From a virus (Duplodnaviria > Caudoviricetes), in the IMG/VR virus record IMGVR_UViG_3300020581_000085, positions 1 through 63,364 of that record: a stretch of 63,364 bases of DNA; one strand, written 5' to 3'. The number at the start of each line of letters is the position of its first letter. Position 1 is the first letter of the stretch. A model generated the notes under the pieces. That model ran no database searches. It saw only the letters and a list, made by a program, of their open reading frames with translations, and was not told the DNA's origin. A program made the translations under genes and the position numbers. Below, piece after piece: positions 19,290-29,128 of this stretch.

Positions 19290-21244
19290 TGGCCGACTCC
19301 GCTACCAGCGTAGCACCATCGACCTCCTCCGATATGTTCGGAGGATTGGACATGGACAAACTTGTCCGCCAATCCATGCCGTCCTCCAACGTAAACGAAC
19401 CTAAGATCATTGAGGGCATGAAAGCCGCGACGGCACAGGAAGCGCGCGATAAGGCCCCAGTCTATGACAAACTCATGCAGGCCGATAAGGAGAACCTTGA
19501 GCGGGTTCACAAGGCAGCGGACGGTATCCAGCCGGTCGAGTTGAAGGAATGGGATGCCAAGAAGGAATTAGCGAAAAACACTACCGACCCGATGGAAATA
19601 TTCGGATCGTTCGGGTTCATCGCTACGCAGTTGGCCTCCGCCTTCACCCGCATGCCGTTCGTGAACGGGCTTAACGCCGCGGCCGGTTTCATCAACGGAG
19701 TTCGTGAGCACGATCAGCAAGGGTATGAGAAAGCGTACGAGGCGTTCAAGACAAACACCGACATCGCAATCAAGCGCCACAACATCCAGCGCGAGGCTTA
19801 CGACGACGCCGCTAAGCGTTTCTCTACGGACCATAACGCATACGTTTCGGAATTGTCGGCCCTGAGCGACAAGTTCGGTGACAGGAGGACTCAGGTTCTA
19901 TTGGAAGGGGGGTACATCAAGGAACTGGAGGAGCTGCACCGGGCTAGAGAGAGTTCGGCGCGCGGCATGCTCCAGGCTATGCCTCAGATCGAGACGATGT
20001 ACGCCAAGAACCGCGCAGCGGATGAATTGCGCATCCAAGGCAAGAACGATATCGAGATTTACCACGAACTATATGCCCCGGCCTATTCTAACAACATCGG
20101 CAATTTCAAAGTCCAGATGATCAAGGAAAAGGCCAATGATATCGCCAAGTCTGAGGGGCGGGATTCCCCCAATAGCGATGACTGGAGCAAGGCTATCGCT
20201 AGTACAAATTCGTCCTTCAATCCTGGCAAAGGCAACAATGCAGCTGCCGCGGATGCTGATGAGGTAATCAAGAACCTCAATAGGGATGGCGTCAACCTTC
20301 CTCCTGAAATGAACGCCGTGATCCGCAATACCTTAGGGGATAAGGGCTCTAGCGCGGTATCCGGTGCTAGGAAATCAGCCCTTGTAAACGCCTTGGAGGA
20401 AATCCGCGCTCAGAAGGAAACCGGCGACAAGCCGATGGACAGCCAGAAGGCATCAAAGATCATCAACGATGCTTTGGAAGCCGCCAACTCGGGCAAGGTG
20501 AAGATAGACCAGGCGTTGGTCAACCAATTTCCCCAGTACGATGGGATGAATGCAAAGAAATTCGGCTATGTCGGGGTGAAGAACCAAGAGCGCATCATGA
20601 ATGCGATACAGAGTTCGGAGCAGATTGAGACTATCGCAAAGTATGCGGCCGAAAACCCCGAATCCATCGGCCTAGTCGCCGATGCGGCCAGAAAAATAAA
20701 CGTCGATGCGTATAAGGGGTTGATGACGAATCCAGCATCGTACATTACGAAAGTGACCACGGAACGGGATAGCGCGATTGATGCGGCAGCGAAGGAAAAG
20801 GGCCTGTCTCAGGATCAGGCCGCCAAGGCCAAGGTATTGAACAAGATGCTGGCTACGCAAGCCTTCGCCGACGCAGCTCAGGCTGGATCGCGAGGAGCAA
20901 CCATCTATCTCGACAAGGCATTCCGGGAGATTTACCAACAGGCATCGTCCCCGCCTGCGTTCTTCGACATTTTGCGGGTTCGCCAGCAGGATTCGGACAA
21001 TCTTCTGTCCAAATACGATATGTCACTCAAGGATCGTAAGGACGTGAAGGAAAAATTCCCGTTCTACCAAAGCCCCGAGTCGTTTCTGACCAAGGCCGTT
21101 ACGTCGAAGACTCCGGCTGTTCCGTCTGCGGCCCATCGGGAGGTCGGGAAGCCGTACAACACGTCCAAAGGCCAGTTGATTTGGGGCGGAAACGGAAATT
21201 GGTATACTGCGGAGGAATGGGCCCAACTTCACGGCGGTAACTGA
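19289..21244 (+). CDS. Internal virion/DNA ejection protein
   Basis: 651 aa, helical; synteny. Confidence 0.6.
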   Translation: MADSATSVAPSTSSDMFGGLDMDKLVRQSMPSSNVNEPKIIEGMKAATAQEARDKAPVYDKLMQADKENLERVHKAADGIQPVELKEWDAKKELAKNTTDPMEIFGSFGFIATQLASAFTRMPFVNGLNAAAGFINGVREHDQQGYEKAYEAFKTNTDIAIKRHNIQREAYDDAAKRFSTDHNAYVSELSALSDKFGDRRTQVLLEGGYIKELEELHRARESSARGMLQAMPQIETMYAKNRAADELRIQGKNDIEIYHELYAPAYSNNIGNFKVQMIKEKANDIAKSEGRDSPNSDDWSKAIASTNSSFNPGKGNNAAAADADEVIKNLNRDGVNLPPEMNAVIRNTLGDKGSSAVSGARKSALVNALEEIRAQKETGDKPMDSQKASKIINDALEAANSGKVKIDQALVNQFPQYDGMNAKKFGYVGVKNQERIMNAIQSSEQIETIAKYAAENPESIGLVADAARKINVDAYKGLMTNPASYITKVTTERDSAIDAAAKEKGLSQDQAAKAKVLNKMLATQAFADAAQAGSRGATIYLDKAFREIYQQASSPPAFFDILRVRQQDSDNLLSKYDMSLKDRKDVKEKFPFYQSPESFLTKAVTSKTPAVPSAAHREVGKPYNTSKGQLIWGGNGNWYTAEEWAQLHGGN

Positions 21245-22953
21245 TGCCAATTCCTGATTCCGAAGTTACCCAAGGTAGAGCCTCTGACGAGGCTGCGTTT
21301 ACGCCTCCGCCGTCCATGGCTCGCTCTGCTTCGGATTGGGCTACCTCGTTCATCCGAGGTCTTGCCAAGGGCACTGAGGGCATGGTTGGACTGCCAGGAG
21401 ACGCCGTTAATGCTCTGTCGCACGGCAGCAAGGTCGCATCTGACTATATCTCGGAAAAGATTGGGATTGATAAAGGTCCGGAGCCGTCAGGTCTGACTAT
21501 TCTCCCCAGTACCGAACAGGTTAACAAATTTGTCGGTGGAGATGAGAAACGACGGAATGCAATAGGCAAATTCACCGATGCCCAGCCTGAGACGCCGGGA
21601 GGAAAATACACTCAATCGATTGGCGAGATGGTCCCCGGAATGGTTGGTGGCCCCGGTGGATTGGTCCGTAAAGGCATTCAGGCTGTCGCTGGTGGTGTTG
21701 GAAGTGAGGCGGCTGGACAGGCCGCCAAAGAGTATATGCCCGACCACGAGACAGCGGCGCGAGTTCTAGGTGGCATTGCGGGGCAGGGTGTTCCTGGTGT
21801 TGTGCGAAAGGCCATCGCGCCGTCGAATATCAAGTCGGAACGGGAAGCGGCAGCCGAGTTCTTAAAGAAGGAAGGCGTAGACGTCACGGCTGGGGATCTG
21901 AGCGGTTCCAAGGTCACGAAGCATGCCGAGCATGCCTTGGGTACGTCTCCTGGGGCGGGCGGCGCGTATGACATCACCCGGGACAAGATCAACAAGCAGT
22001 TTACGTCGGCGGCTCTCAAGCATATTGGGGAGAAGGGCGAGGAATTATCGCCAGAGGTTCTTCGGGATGCTTCAAGGAAGATCGGTGGAGAATTTGACGG
22101 GTTAGCCGCTCGCAATTCGGTCAAACCGGATATGGCTTACGTCGCTGATGCCTTGAAGGCCCAGCAGAAATACGACGATTTGTTCCTGAATCCGCTGCAC
22201 AAGCCCTTGGTTGAGAAGATCGTCGAGCAGCAAATGAACAATGTTGCCAGAGGAGACATCAGCGGTAAGGCATATCAGGCCCAAGCATCGGCTTTGCGAG
22301 AAATCCAGAGGGGACATGGCGACCAGCGGGTCAGGGATTTTGCAGCCGACATGAAGGACGCGCTTGATGACGCGATGGAGCGCAGCATCAAGAAGAACAA
22401 TCCGGACGATCTTGGCAAATGGCAAGACGCGAGGAGAAAGTACCGCAATCTCTTGGTTCTCGAGCGGGTGGCGGCGGGTGGCGGGGAAGATGCTGCGGCG
22501 GGCGTCGTGTCAGCGCCGAGGCTAAGGCAGGCGATTGTCGCCGAGCAAGGTAGGCGTAGCTATGCTCGAGGTTATGGCGATTTTGATGAACTAGCACGTG
22601 CTGGAAACCTACTTTTGAGTAAACCCCCCACTTCCGGAACGTCGGAGAGGGCGTTTCTTCATGCTATCCCCGCGGCGATCGGAGGCGTTGCTGGTCATGC
22701 GCTAGAAGGTAATGTCGGTGGAGCCGCTGGAACTATGCTTGGCGTCATGGCCCCTGGTACTACCGGTAAGGCGCTTATGAACCCCGCCGTGCAGGGCTAT
22801 CTGAAGAACCAAATAGCGAAAAAACTTGGTGTGTCGGTTGAATATCTGGACAGCCTCAGGCCGGAGATGAGGGATAAGCTATTTCGCTCCACCCTTGCCG
22901 AGCACGGACGAGAGTCAACCGAACTTCCTCCGATCACGGTAGAGCCGGAATGA
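21244..22953 (+). CDS. Internal virion/DNA ejection protein
   Basis: 569 aa, helical with Gly-rich hydrophobic stretches, 'P.SGTSER'; synteny. Confidence 0.6.
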   Translation: MPIPDSEVTQGRASDEAAFTPPPSMARSASDWATSFIRGLAKGTEGMVGLPGDAVNALSHGSKVASDYISEKIGIDKGPEPSGLTILPSTEQVNKFVGGDEKRRNAIGKFTDAQPETPGGKYTQSIGEMVPGMVGGPGGLVRKGIQAVAGGVGSEAAGQAAKEYMPDHETAARVLGGIAGQGVPGVVRKAIAPSNIKSEREAAAEFLKKEGVDVTAGDLSGSKVTKHAEHALGTSPGAGGAYDITRDKINKQFTSAALKHIGEKGEELSPEVLRDASRKIGGEFDGLAARNSVKPDMAYVADALKAQQKYDDLFLNPLHKPLVEKIVEQQMNNVARGDISGKAYQAQASALREIQRGHGDQRVRDFAADMKDALDDAMERSIKKNNPDDLGKWQDARRKYRNLLVLERVAAGGGEDAAAGVVSAPRLRQAIVAEQGRRSYARGYGDFDELARAGNLLLSKPPTSGTSERAFLHAIPAAIGGVAGHALEGNVGGAAGTMLGVMAPGTTGKALMNPAVQGYLKNQIAKKLGVSVEYLDSLRPEMRDKLFRSTLAEHGRESTELPPITVEPE

Positions 22954-23198
22954 GCCTAGAATCTACCCTGACCGATCTAGCCGATCATTTGGCGGCAAAA
23001 GCCAAGACGGACACCTGTGACATTCAGGATGCGGTCAAGATATTCAAGGAGTTGCGTGAGTTCTATGCTATCTTGACCAAAGACGACGAAAAAGGCGATA
23101 AGGTTCCCGGCAGGCGACCCACCACTATTTCAGCGATGCGAGAGCGGATCGCGCTCGTCAGTGGTGGAGATGAAGATGGCGGAGACGACCCAGCCTAG
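22950..23198 (+). CDS. Hypothetical protein
   Basis: ATGA-coupled ORF. Confidence 0.6.
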   Translation: MSLESTLTDLADHLAAKAKTDTCDIQDAVKIFKELREFYAILTKDDEKGDKVPGRRPTTISAMRERIALVSGGDEDGGDDPA

Positions 23199-23478
23199 TC
23201 CGTTATTTCGCGTTGTCGGTCAAGAGCCTGACACCCCCCAAGCCAACCCCCAGCAGTATGCTCAGGCGATTGCTCTGATTCAGGTCGGACTTTCGACCGT
23301 TTGGCAGCAGTTTATCATCAGCTTAGCGCACTGGTTCACGATGCTTTCGACGGGCACCGTGTTCATCCTGTGCCTTTGGACGCCTGACCCCAACACACGT
23401 CAACTAATCATGTTGGGGGGGTACTCGTTGTTTATTCTAGCCGCGAATTATCTCGTCATATCGAGCCGACGCAAATGA
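23176..23478 (+). CDS. Two-TM membrane protein
   Basis: Hydrophobic helices, basic C-terminus 'SRRK'; directly precedes the signal-peptide gene block. Confidence 0.6.
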   Translation: MAETTQPSPLFRVVGQEPDTPQANPQQYAQAIALIQVGLSTVWQQFIISLAHWFTMLSTGTVFILCLWTPDPNTRQLIMLGGYSLFILAANYLVISSRRK

Positions 23479-25982
23479 TGAAGAAGATCGCAGGGGCACT
23501 ATTCGCACTTCTCATCGGGGCGCCGGCCTATGGGCAACAGGTCCAGCAGAGCGGAACAATAACCGCGCGTCATTTGCCAGCGTGGGTAGCCCCGGGCGTA
23601 ATTGGTGACGCTGGTACATCCGCCGATAGCCCCATTTCATCCATCGGAGCTACCGGCCAGATTTGTTCGAATTCCGCTCGAGTATCAAGTGGCGCATGGG
23701 CCTCTTTGTGCCTTCAGGCCAATACCAATTCGCCTTCGACCATCAGTTTGCAGAATAACGGCGCCTCCCCCAACGAAACGCTCCAATTCATCGTCAACGG
23801 AACCACGTTTCCGTTCCCGGGATCTCTAGCCAATATCACGATCGGGACGACGCCGGTTGTCGGTGGAACTAACAGCCTATGTCTATTCGTATCCGGAGGT
23901 TTTGTAGGTCAGCAGACATGCACGTTGTCGGCTATCACGTCTTTAACGGGAGACGGAACGGCTACTGGACCGGGGGCCTCAATATTCACCCTATCCACGG
24001 TTAATAGCAACACGGGTACGTTTGGGTCAGGGGCCCTCGTACCGATCATCACGGTAAACGGTAAGGGGCTTATTACGTCGGTATCTACCGCGTCTGTCGG
24101 TCTGACGGTCGGCTCCAGCACGATATCTTCTGGCGCCACCAACTCGATTCTTTATCAGAACGGAACGGTTTTAGGCGAACTCACCGTAGTTGGTAACGCT
24201 GTACTTAGCACCAATGTCAGTGGCGTTCCTTCGCTGTCGACCACGCTTCCATCAGGTTTGACCGTCCCCTCTCCTACGTTCACCGGAACGGAGACATTTC
24301 CCGATTCCGCTACATGGACCAGCACGGGAATTAGCAAAGTCGCCGCTCTATCTGTTGGAAGCGCGACCCTTCCTTCTGGTGGAAACGTATCCATAAGCGG
24401 GCAGTATCAGGTTAACGGTACGCAAATCGCCGCTAGCAACCTGAGTGACGGTAAAACCGGAACCGGATCGCTTGTCGGCGCTGTATCTCCGGCTATTTCC
24501 GGGACATGGACCGGATCTCCAACATTCTCCGGCAATATTACGTTTAGTGGGCAGTTGATCGAGACAGGAACCTCGCCGCCGTCATCTGCCGGCGGGCAGA
24601 GTTATATGATGGGAACGGTTGCCTCGCCCACACTTACAAATACCGGACAGCTTTCTCTCTACAACACGTTGGTCAACGGCGGCATTATTCAAGGTGACGG
24701 ATCAACCAACGACGTCAGTATTTTCAATAAAGGTGGCACTCTCGTTATGGGTGTCCCAACGGGAACGACAAAATTAAACTTACCATCCCTGTCGGTTGGC
24801 ACTTGCTCTTCTGGGTTAGCCTTGGATTCCGGCAATAATACTGTTCTTACATCCTGCCCGGGGTCATCCGCATCAATACAAGTAGGTACGACAACCATAG
24901 CTAGCGGAACGTCGGGGCGTATAGAATTCAATAACGCTGGTGTTCTGGGTGAGCTTATTATCGGAAATGGGCTGAGCAACGCTTCCGGCACCTTGATCTC
25001 TTCTATCCTCACCGAGCCGCAAGGCCGGATTACCCTGCAAGCCAATACGCCGGTGATGACCACATCGCAGTCGGCCCAGACTACTCTTCGCTACGATTGT
25101 TATACCGGCGGTGGTCAGATCCCATATTTCAATGGCACGATTGACCAAATCGACACGATCACGTCATGCGAGGTGACCGATGCCATGGTATCGGCTGCTA
25201 GCGCAGGTCAAGTTGTTAGCGCAAACGTATATGACGTTTGGTGGGTTCACTCCGGGACCAACCGAATTTGTTTAGCCATGTCGGCAAGTACTGGCGGAGG
25301 CGGCGGGTGGTCGGCTGATACTGGCGGTAGCAATACGGCCAGAGGTACCGGATATTCGCAGCTTGATCGCACCACGCGGCCCTACACTACCAATAAGAAC
25401 GCTATCGCGAATTGCTTCAACGGCGCGACGAACTATGGGTCCGTTAGTGCAAATCAGGCAACCTATCTAGGAACGGTATTCGCCTCGGCCAACGGCCAGA
25501 TCAGCTACACGTTCGGCGCGGCCGCCTCGGGCGGCACGGCAGCGCTCCTCGGCGTCTGGAATATGTATAATCGGGTAACGGTAACGACGACGGTCACCGA
25601 CAACGGTACTAGTTATTCGTACTCATCCGCCACCGTCCGGCAGGCACGAGCAAGTGCAGGAAATCAGATACAGTTTGTTCTTGGTGTCCAAGAGGATGGG
25701 GTTCAGTTTTCCTATGCAGCTAAAATGTTGATGTCCGCCACATCCCAGGCGTCAGCTTCTTGGGGTGTTGGGTTCGACGTGACTAACGCCTTTTCCATAG
25801 CCGCATCAAACTTTCAGTCGGGGTCTGCTACACAAGTCTCAAATGCCAGTTCCAACGCGGGAGTTTGGAGTGTGGGGGTTGGTCTACACACTCTAGCGGC
25901 CACGGAGTCAAGCGACGGATCAAACGGAAACGGATTTGATAGCGGAAGTTTAAATTCACTGATGGCATCAATCAGAATGTAG
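23475..25982 (+). CDS. Tail fibre-like protein with Sec-type signal peptide
   Basis: 'MMKKIAGALFALLIGAPAYG|Q'; S/T/G-rich repeats; C-terminal 'PQGRITL...PVMT...LGVWNMYNRV' fibre-like domain. Confidence 0.7.
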   Translation: MMKKIAGALFALLIGAPAYGQQVQQSGTITARHLPAWVAPGVIGDAGTSADSPISSIGATGQICSNSARVSSGAWASLCLQANTNSPSTISLQNNGASPNETLQFIVNGTTFPFPGSLANITIGTTPVVGGTNSLCLFVSGGFVGQQTCTLSAITSLTGDGTATGPGASIFTLSTVNSNTGTFGSGALVPIITVNGKGLITSVSTASVGLTVGSSTISSGATNSILYQNGTVLGELTVVGNAVLSTNVSGVPSLSTTLPSGLTVPSPTFTGTETFPDSATWTSTGISKVAALSVGSATLPSGGNVSISGQYQVNGTQIAASNLSDGKTGTGSLVGAVSPAISGTWTGSPTFSGNITFSGQLIETGTSPPSSAGGQSYMMGTVASPTLTNTGQLSLYNTLVNGGIIQGDGSTNDVSIFNKGGTLVMGVPTGTTKLNLPSLSVGTCSSGLALDSGNNTVLTSCPGSSASIQVGTTTIASGTSGRIEFNNAGVLGELIIGNGLSNASGTLISSILTEPQGRITLQANTPVMTTSQSAQTTLRYDCYTGGGQIPYFNGTIDQIDTITSCEVTDAMVSAASAGQVVSANVYDVWWVHSGTNRICLAMSASTGGGGGWSADTGGSNTARGTGYSQLDRTTRPYTTNKNAIANCFNGATNYGSVSANQATYLGTVFASANGQISYTFGAAASGGTAALLGVWNMYNRVTVTTTVTDNGTSYSYSSATVRQARASAGNQIQFVLGVQEDGVQFSYAAKMLMSATSQASASWGVGFDVTNAFSIAASNFQSGSATQVSNASSNAGVWSVGVGLHTLAATESSDGSNGNGFDSGSLNSLMASIRM

Positions 25983-25995
25983 AAAGATAGAGACG

Positions 25996-27975
25996 ATGAC
26001 AAAAAGCATAAAATATTTAGTTTTAGCGTTGGTCATCGCTATCTTTTTTGTACCAAAGCAGGCCAATGCTCAGGCGTCCGTAGCTCTATGGTGTTGGAAT
26101 CCATCCGGGTCACAAGCAACCAACAATCAATATACACCGTGCAACGCCTCTAATCCCCTCGTCGTTAGCGCGTCGGTCTCAGCATCAATCTCTGGCTTCC
26201 CTGGCGCGTCCCCAACGACTGGTACGCCTATCGCAGTAACTACTGGTGGGGTCACCGGCACCCTTCCAGCGGGATCTGTTGTGGTTGCCAGCAATGTGGG
26301 AACGACAAACACAGCGTATTGTAAGCTAGGTGCATCTGCCACAGTCAACGATCAACCCATATCTCCGAATGGAGGGTGGTTTGCATTCACCACGGGCGGG
26401 GCAACACAGTTAACCTGCATCACATCGACGTCTACCACTACCGTTAACATGGTTGGTGGTTCGGGTCTTCCAACTGGTTCTGGAGGCGGTGGAGGATCCG
26501 GCGGTGGAGGAGGAACTGTAACACAAGGACCAACGGGAACTAACGCGGCGGCATGGTGGGCACAAATTGGCGATACCACAAATGGTCCAGTAGCGGTAGG
26601 CACAGCAGGTGCTGATGCTGTTAGCAATACCCAAAATGGGCTGTCTACTTACAGCCGACTTGAATTGTATAATGGTACGACTTGGGATCGTTGGAAAGGA
26701 ACCAGCGGCGCTGCTAACATTGCTGGTACGGGAACAGCGGGCACAGCTGCCGGTGGAGTCTTGACCGTTCAAGGCGTAGCATCGATGACGCCTGTCCAAG
26801 TATCACAAGCAACAGCAGGTAATCTCAATGCGACTGTTGTTGGTACAGGCACATTTGTAACACAATCTGTTGTCACACAAGCGACAGGCACCAATTTGCA
26901 TGCTGTGCTTGATACGACATCAACTACAGCAGTTACACAAGCGACATCATCAAACCTGAAAGCCCAAGTTGATCCACTAACTGTTGCGACGTGGGGCCTT
27001 GCGGCGACAACTCAAAACGTAGCTGCCCCGACTAACGGCATGGTAGCTATGGGGCAGTTCAACACTAGCCCCACGACCATCACAACGGGGAACGTATCAC
27101 CCCTGCAAATGGATAATGCCGGCAACCTATTGGTGAACATTAAGGCTGGTGCTGGCTCTGGTGGTACGGCGATTGCCGACAATGCGGCATTCACGCAAAG
27201 CATAACGAACGAGACGCCGGTCGGCTGTCTGTTTATCACCTCTTATACCGCGGCAACCACCGGCCACTCGACAGTGATGCAGTGCGATTCGACCGGACAT
27301 CCTCTCGTCAATCCCGGCACGATCGGGTCATGGGGCCTGATGTCCGGTACGACTCCGGGGACCGCTCCAACCAATACACTAATTGCTGGGTTGATTTATA
27401 ACTCTGCGGCCCCGACGCCTTCCAGTGGACAAACTCTGCCATTTCAGGGCGATAGTTCTGGAAACCTAAAGGTGAACGTCCAAAGTGCTGTCGGGACCTC
27501 ACTTGGCACTGCCGTTTCTGGTATCACCGGATCGCCAATTCTTAATACCGCTTATAGCTCTGAGCCAACTAAATGCACCACGGCAGACACTTGCTGGACG
27601 ATGGTTGATCTTGTCGGCAAGACAGTCACGTCGCCTTACGCCAATCGCGAGAACTTCCTCAACTGCGCGGTGACGTTGACGGCCTCTACATCAGCAACAA
27701 CCTGCACAGGCATGGCCGCGCAAGGCGCCTCGGTCAAAATCTATGTCACCGATCTTCAGTGCATGAGAACTGATGCTGGCACTACGGCGTCAATCATGAC
27801 GTTGAACGATACGGCGACAACAATCCTCGTGCTGCCAAATAATGGTGGCGGCGGCGGGTTTGCCAAGACCTTCAACGTTCCCCTGCAAGTCGCAGCCAAT
27901 ACCGCATTCACGGTTCAATCCGGCACGTCTTTAACCAGCGTCTATTGCTCGGCATCTGGCTATAAGGGTTACTAA
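25996..27975 (+). CDS. Fibre-like protein with Sec-type signal peptide
   Basis: 'MTKSIKYLVLALVIAIFFVPKQANA|Q'; 'YNGTTWDRW', repeated 'VTQAT..NL.A' and 'PLQ.D..GNL.VN'. Confidence 0.7.
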   Translation: MTKSIKYLVLALVIAIFFVPKQANAQASVALWCWNPSGSQATNNQYTPCNASNPLVVSASVSASISGFPGASPTTGTPIAVTTGGVTGTLPAGSVVVASNVGTTNTAYCKLGASATVNDQPISPNGGWFAFTTGGATQLTCITSTSTTTVNMVGGSGLPTGSGGGGGSGGGGGTVTQGPTGTNAAAWWAQIGDTTNGPVAVGTAGADAVSNTQNGLSTYSRLELYNGTTWDRWKGTSGAANIAGTGTAGTAAGGVLTVQGVASMTPVQVSQATAGNLNATVVGTGTFVTQSVVTQATGTNLHAVLDTTSTTAVTQATSSNLKAQVDPLTVATWGLAATTQNVAAPTNGMVAMGQFNTSPTTITTGNVSPLQMDNAGNLLVNIKAGAGSGGTAIADNAAFTQSITNETPVGCLFITSYTAATTGHSTVMQCDSTGHPLVNPGTIGSWGLMSGTTPGTAPTNTLIAGLIYNSAAPTPSSGQTLPFQGDSSGNLKVNVQSAVGTSLGTAVSGITGSPILNTAYSSEPTKCTTADTCWTMVDLVGKTVTSPYANRENFLNCAVTLTASTSATTCTGMAAQGASVKIYVTDLQCMRTDAGTTASIMTLNDTATTILVLPNNGGGGGFAKTFNVPLQVAANTAFTVQSGTSLTSVYCSASGYKGY

Positions 27976-27978
27976 GCC

Positions 27979-28227
27979 ATGAAGTTTTTCTTCATGTTAG
28001 CGCTTCTATTTTTGTGGAACGGCAGTATTCTAAGCTGCCCGACCGCAACGATATCTAACGTGCCTAGTTCGATTGTGTCGGGTCTGCCTGCCTGCAACGC
28101 ATCAAGCAATGGACTGATCTACGAAATTACCGATGGTCTGACGCCTACAATTGGCGTGTTGGTCGTGGGTGGTGGCGCAGTGGCGTTGCTTGTTCACTGT
28201 AACGGTACTCAGTTTGTGGCGGGGTAA
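27979..28227 (+). CDS. Small Cys-containing protein with signal-like N-terminus
   Basis: 'MKFFFMLALLFLW'; 'LPACN...ITDG...V.GGG...VHCNGT' resembles a fibre-tip module. Confidence 0.6.
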   Translation: MKFFFMLALLFLWNGSILSCPTATISNVPSSIVSGLPACNASSNGLIYEITDGLTPTIGVLVVGGGAVALLVHCNGTQFVAG

Positions 28228-28228
28228 A

Positions 28229-29128
28229 ATGAAAAAGATATTTCCCCCCGCGATCCTCGCGTTGTTCCTGCTTGGGTGGTGTTCGTTTGCTATTGCGCCT
28301 GCTGCCTTCGCGCAGTCGAACATCGTCGGTGGAGGGATGTATGGGGATGTCAAGGCTAGTAGTGGCGGCGGCTGTTCACAGGCTACGACGCTTAACGCCA
28401 AGCTTGACGGCGGCCAAAATACCTCAGCGGTGACAACCGCTGTTTGCGGAATGGTCACGGATGGCGATTGGGCCAAGCTCGATTTTCTTTATGTCTTTGC
28501 CATCAATTCATCTGGCAACGCACTTCTGAATTGGGTCTCGACAAGCTTTAATGGAACGGTAGGCGGAACTGGCTGCACGTTCACTGCCAATGCAGGCTAT
28601 AATAATAGCAATTCTTCATGCTTTATTTCGACGGGATATATTCCATCTTCGTCTGGTGGCAACGCAACATTGAATAGTGCTACGGTTAGCGCGTGCCAGG
28701 AAACAAGCAATACAATAACCGCAGAGGGCTTCTATCTTGGAGCTGGCGATGCTTCAAATTCTACCTTACTAGGCCCTTTTTACGGCGGGATAACTCCTAC
28801 ATTCGCTGACATCAATGACGCCAACTTCACAAGCGCCGGAACTCCGACAAATGCGCAAGGAAGCTGGATATTAAGCCGAACTAGTTCATCGGCAACTACA
28901 CTATATCGAAACGGAACGTCGTTCTCTACCCCCGGGGGCACGAGCGGAGCATTGGTGACGGTTCAGCTTTATGTGATGGCACGAAACAATAACGGGACGG
29001 CGGACTCATTTACTCCAGCAGGGTCAATCTTTGGTTATGCCTTTGGGGGGTCTGGCAGCATCAATGCTGCGAATATCCGGGCAAGACTAAATACCTATAT
29101 GACGGCGGTGGGAGCGAGTGGGTGCTAA
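28229..29128 (+). CDS. Beta-sandwich/lectin-like protein with signal peptide
   Basis: 'MKKIFPPAILALFLLGWCSFAIAPAAFA|Q'; 'DGDWAKLDFLYVFA', 'TLYRNG'. Confidence 0.65.
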   Translation: MKKIFPPAILALFLLGWCSFAIAPAAFAQSNIVGGGMYGDVKASSGGGCSQATTLNAKLDGGQNTSAVTTAVCGMVTDGDWAKLDFLYVFAINSSGNALLNWVSTSFNGTVGGTGCTFTANAGYNNSNSSCFISTGYIPSSSGGNATLNSATVSACQETSNTITAEGFYLGAGDASNSTLLGPFYGGITPTFADINDANFTSAGTPTNAQGSWILSRTSSSATTLYRNGTSFSTPGGTSGALVTVQLYVMARNNNGTADSFTPAGSIFGYAFGGSGSINAANIRARLNTYMTAVGASGC